Shown in pieces: positions 59,860 through 64,000 of a stretch of 64,000 nucleotides of DNA. The position numbers were made by a program, and so were the translations under genes. The DNA lies in the NCBI GenBank assembly GCA_011109175.1, contig RDEW01000026.1, positions 1 through 64,000 of the forward strand, given 5' to 3'. Below the pieces are notes generated by a model. It saw only the letters and a program-made list of their open reading frames with translations, did no database searches and had not been told where the DNA came from. The stretch's first letter is position 1, and every line of letters starts with the position of its first letter. This stretch comes from Dicyema japonicum (lineage: Eukaryota; Animalia; Dicyemida).

Positions 59860-61375
59860 AACTCTGCAATAAAGAAAGAAGATGAAAGGAAACTGAAAAC
59901 CATCAAAGGATCCAATAATAGAGGATCAAAAGTATTGTCTCACATTCTACCTATGAGATCGGAGGATCTTTTAGACATTGCGACGAAGTATGGCCTGTGG
60001 GAGATTTTTCCACCTCAGATGTGTGAGCATGTCGAAACTGGTGGCGTGATTCCTCTACAAATGGGACTGTGTTGCAAGGATATTGATCCCATTCGGAACC
60101 GCTGATTTGCTCAAGTTACAATTGCAGATCCTGAGGAATCCGCAAGTATCCGTTCGACTCCTAAAAGGCTTAGATTCTTCTCATGAAGGAGCTGATCTTA
60201 TCCGACGACGATCCAGAGTACATACTTGCATGAAGCGTAGGCATATTCTATAGGGGCAATGCTTTGTCAATATAATTTACGTATGCAATCTTCTATTTGG
60301 TATCTTGAGGACATTTAACTTCTGGATTTCTCTTTATGATTAGGTCACATGCCTTGTGAAGGTTATCAGTGAGTCATAGGTTACGACATGGATTTTTGGG
60401 TTCTTTGAAATGACTATAGACACACATTCTAGTGGACCGGGGGATATCCGTGTAGCGTCGATGGAGTGTAGATATATTTTGATGATAACACAGAGCCAAT
60501 TTATAATGCGGTCCAGGCATTCTTTGAATAGAGCGGTCGACATGGAAGGGGAACTGTTCTTTGAGGCACGATGACATCATTTACGTGGAACAAGAGTAAT
60601 GTGTTCGCTCGTCAATCTGTGGGACATCATGAAGAACAAATTAAATAATGTTGGTGAAAGCGGAGAGCCCCTATGGAACTCCATTTGAAGCAGTCATGAT
60701 CTCGATCTGCTGTTCGCCAGGCATATTCTCCTGCGTCGTCCGGACGGAAAGTTTTCTAGCCAGAGTTTATGGTTCTGGCGATTATTGGAGTCGAAGATCT
60801 TTTTAAAGTGAGTCCCGAAGACGAGTCTGAAGCATTTTGATGGAAATCAACGTCGTCCGCATATTGGGCCATTAAAGCAGTCTTGAGATAAAGTTGCCAA
60901 GTGCGTCATGGTGGGAGCCGTATTGAAAAAAATAGCATCGGGAGTAATCATCGCAAAGACTGGGGTCTCAAGTGCTTCAGTTGAAATGCAGACACTCCAT
61001 TGGGGCATGCATGGAAATTCCTTAAGGAATGTATTGTCTTACAAACTTGTTGGGAGTGAAAAAATCATATTGGGAATAGCATTGGTCTGTATGGTGAGTA
61101 TTTTTCCTAAAGAAGTTATCGATACATGGTGGTTGATAAGCTTGTTAAATTAAAATTATTTCCAAAGACCAAGGGTAACCAAACTAACTAACTCCTCGAT
61201 CCTGACTCGTTCCACCATTCCAAAACTTGTCACCAGGTAACGACGTTGTCCCCGGGGAAGAATTGTTGGATCCTCTTGATGCCGGCCAGGCATTGGGCGC
61301 CTCCTCAGTAAGGTGGAACCAGAAAATAATTTTGACAAACTATCCACGTAGCACCACATGGCATTACCCGATTAT
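59860..61375 (-). mobile_element. Internally deleted Vingi-like element (fold copy 5 at 61267-61321, decayed RT, C-terminal Zn-finger remnant)
   Basis: Leader GTGGTGCTACGTGG; GVP*GSPLSPTLFNL near 60640-60690. Confidence 0.6.
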
Positions 61376-61379
61376 AACC

Positions 61380-63955
61380 ACAAGAATGCTTGTTAGAGAA
61401 ATTACTGTATTCTTCATTAATTGGGATGCTAAATCGTCCTCATCTTCAAACTGTGTTTCAATCTTCTCTGCGCTCTCAGACCTCTCTTATCGTTTATTCT
61501 GTGCTCCAACATACGAGTCAATGATGGCATCTCTTTTTAGGTAGTTTTCCATCCTTATTCGTGTTGCATATCTTATCAACATTACTAGCAAATTTTCGAG
61601 CCTTTGTGTAGGGCAATCTTGATCCCTGCTCTCCTGATTTTCAAGAAGGAAGATAAAACGCTCTTTGTATGCTGTGTAATACCATCCTTCCAGTACATAA
61701 AGTAGTGATGGAATGATCGTACGTAAAAAATAAATAAAAACATATCCGTTTCTAGTCTCAATTTCCTCATACACAATATCGCATGATGGGCTTTCTTCCT
61801 TTTGAGTTTAAAATCGCACAATGTGCTCCCAGATTTCTCAAAAGCTGTTCCGAGATACTTCAGGGAGCTCACAATGTTGATTCTGCATACGAAGTTTTTC
61901 TGATTTTCTTTACCATTCCGACCGAAGAACCTCATTGCACTAGATTTTTCTTCTGACAGTTTTAACCCATGAAGATCGCACCAGTTTTTTATCTCTTCCA
62001 TGTACACATTGAGTCTCCTCTCTGAGATCATGCTCGATCTCGACACATCAGACAGTAGCACGTCGTTTGCGTATATCAGAGATCTCGTACTTGGTGTAGA
62101 CGAAGACGGGAAACCGCCCATTAGAACATTAAACAATAAAGGGCTCAAAGTTGATCCTTGTGGGACTCCTCTCTTCAATAATATCATATTTGAAAAATAG
62201 CGTCCGCATCTAACATAGGATTTTTCCCTTTAGGTAACTTTCACCCAATTCACTAGTTCTTTGGCTCCCTGTCCGAGATAACTGATCGATTATGGCTCTG
62301 TGGTTAACACTCGAATTTTGATATGTCGAGACATATGACATTCAGAGACATTTGGATTCTCTGGCTTTGCATAACTCGGAGTTGAGATGAAATAAGCAAT
62401 CATCGCATGACCGTCCTGGGCGAAAACCAAATTGATCATTTCTGAAGTAGTCTTCTTTTTCCAGCAGATTTATTAGCTTCCAGAAGACAATTTTTTCCGT
62501 AATTTTCAAATTTGACTGAATCAGGCTTATCGAGTTGTAGTTAGTAGGATCATTCTTCGGTCTTCCTGTCTTCGTTACCATCCGTACAATAGCCTTCTTC
62601 CAATCGTGTGGAACATGATTAATTTTGATGCATCCGTTGAACATATCTTTGAGAACTTGGAATAAAATTTCTGGGCCTTTTTTAAACATCCTAGCTTTGA
62701 TGAATTCGCTGCCCGAAGCTTTATTCTTGACAGCTCTTTTTGCTATTTTCAGCTCTTCTAGAGATCTCTGTTTTCTATGACAATGGTTCAGAACAAGTCT
62801 TCTCCGCGGTGACATCATCGTCCACATCAAATATCTTTTTAAGCTGTGTCTCAAAAACTAGAGGTATTTTCCTTCAGCATAGTAGGTGCCCTCCGGTTTC
62901 TTGAGCACAATCTTGTTTGCGATTGACTCTGGGTTCCTTACTCTTCGGTATACCTTCCAGAAAGAGGGATTGTGTTTGTTTATTTATCCGATTTGAGAAT
63001 GTAAGCATATTTGCTGCTTTATCAATCGTGATATCCGTCATCTGTATTCCATAAAGCTTAGAATCCACATACTTAGTGAAACCCCCTAGTTTGCTTTCGC
63101 AAAATTTTTGAATTTCATCGTTTGGCAGTATGCACAACTTTGACTTTTAGTTTCAGAATAGTAGGGCTATGGTCACTTGAAAAACCATACAGGACGTTCA
63201 AAGTAGGTAGTCCTATTAGTGAAGTAAAACAGAATGTAATATCCGGGGATGTCGGTGCATCAGTAATTCGCTGATGAGTATTTGTATGAGAATCTGGGTT
63301 GTTGAGGATGCTCAAGTCACCGAGATAGTCGAGGATAGATTGTCTTCGGCTCTTTGAATGTTGATTGCTGAACCATAGTGGGTGCTTCCCGCTCAGATCA
63401 CCACAGATGATCTTTAATTCTTGTACCATCCATATGTTGGGAGTGTATGGCAAATTACGACATTTTTGGGAGTAGACCGTACTGCGTGTGAGAGTTAGAA
63501 CTCCAAGAGACGTGATACAATGTTCCGTCGTCCTCCCACATCTCTGAGACACAGTTGGAAACATCTGTAGATGACAATCCAATTCTAATAATCGTTAAAA
63601 GCCTCTCATCAGAGCCCCTGTCCAAGTCTTTTCGGACTACCACATAGCATGAGAAGATTGGAGTGGGGATTCATTTAGTTAACTTCGTTTATTGGATTGC
63701 CGTGATGCCCACTTTGTGATCCGTCAGTAAGGCACGAAGCTCCAAAAATTGCTTATAATCCCGTTTATGTTCAATTGCAAGATAACCAAGAAGAAACATT
63801 GACATTGGTTCTGTTCTACTTTCCTAAAGAGCACAGTCAGCATAAGCCACCCCGTGCAAACGATGTGACGGATAAAGTGGTGAGAGAATGGTCCTTTTTC
63901 ATGGCCATTGGATTGGCACAGGGCGCTGCCAATATAGGAAACAACATGACGCCTC
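61380..63955 (-). mobile_element. Decayed full-span Ingi/Vingi-like LINE (fold copy 6 at 63889-63953, degenerate 2A, APE, RT)
   Basis: ..KVEQNQ..ILQLNINGI, CGDLSGKHPLW, SPDITF, SDHSP, DQFGFRPGRS, GVPQGSTLSPLLFN, IYAND; about 2.6 kb, like 8200-10800. Confidence 0.75.
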
Positions 63956-64000
63956 GTTAACATTTTAATTTTTTGGTATTTATTAACCCCGGGATCGCCG

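Overview
AT-rich animal (non-prokaryotic) genomic scaffold with one 709-nt N gap (2213-2921). Host genes are split by very short GT-AG introns (20-26 nt in the best-anchored cases), which points to a dicyemid mesozoan or a similarly miniaturised parasite; this is an inference, not a database match. Host genes recovered by splicing these introns: PIG-U (5' end in the gap), OMA1, TYW2/TRM12, MARCH1/8-type RING-CH ligase, an NHERF/PDZK1-like 3-PDZ protein, a stand-alone secreted I29 cathepsin-propeptide inhibitor (plus a pseudogene copy), three tandem C-type-lectin/mucin membrane gene copies, an adhesion-GPCR pseudogene and tRNA-Arg(ACG). Much of the rest is nested mobile DNA: RTE-group LINEs, CRE-clade RLE retrotransposons (one family with an N-terminal PHD finger), Ingi/Vingi-like LINEs with a 2A (DIELNPGP) peptide, a tRNA-derived SINE that shares its 3' tail with the RTE LINE, a complete pogo-type element, a Ginger2/Tdd element with TIRs and TSD, hAT remnants, a MITE and a probable gypsy LTR. 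The most unusual signal is a covarying RNA fold at the 5' end of six diverged Vingi-like copies. Its helix order matches HDV-like ribozymes but it lacks the canonical HDV catalytic core, so it is a candidate new structured or self-cleaving leader. All alignments and folds were done by eye, and mobile-element boundaries are approximate unless a TSD or TIR is quoted.
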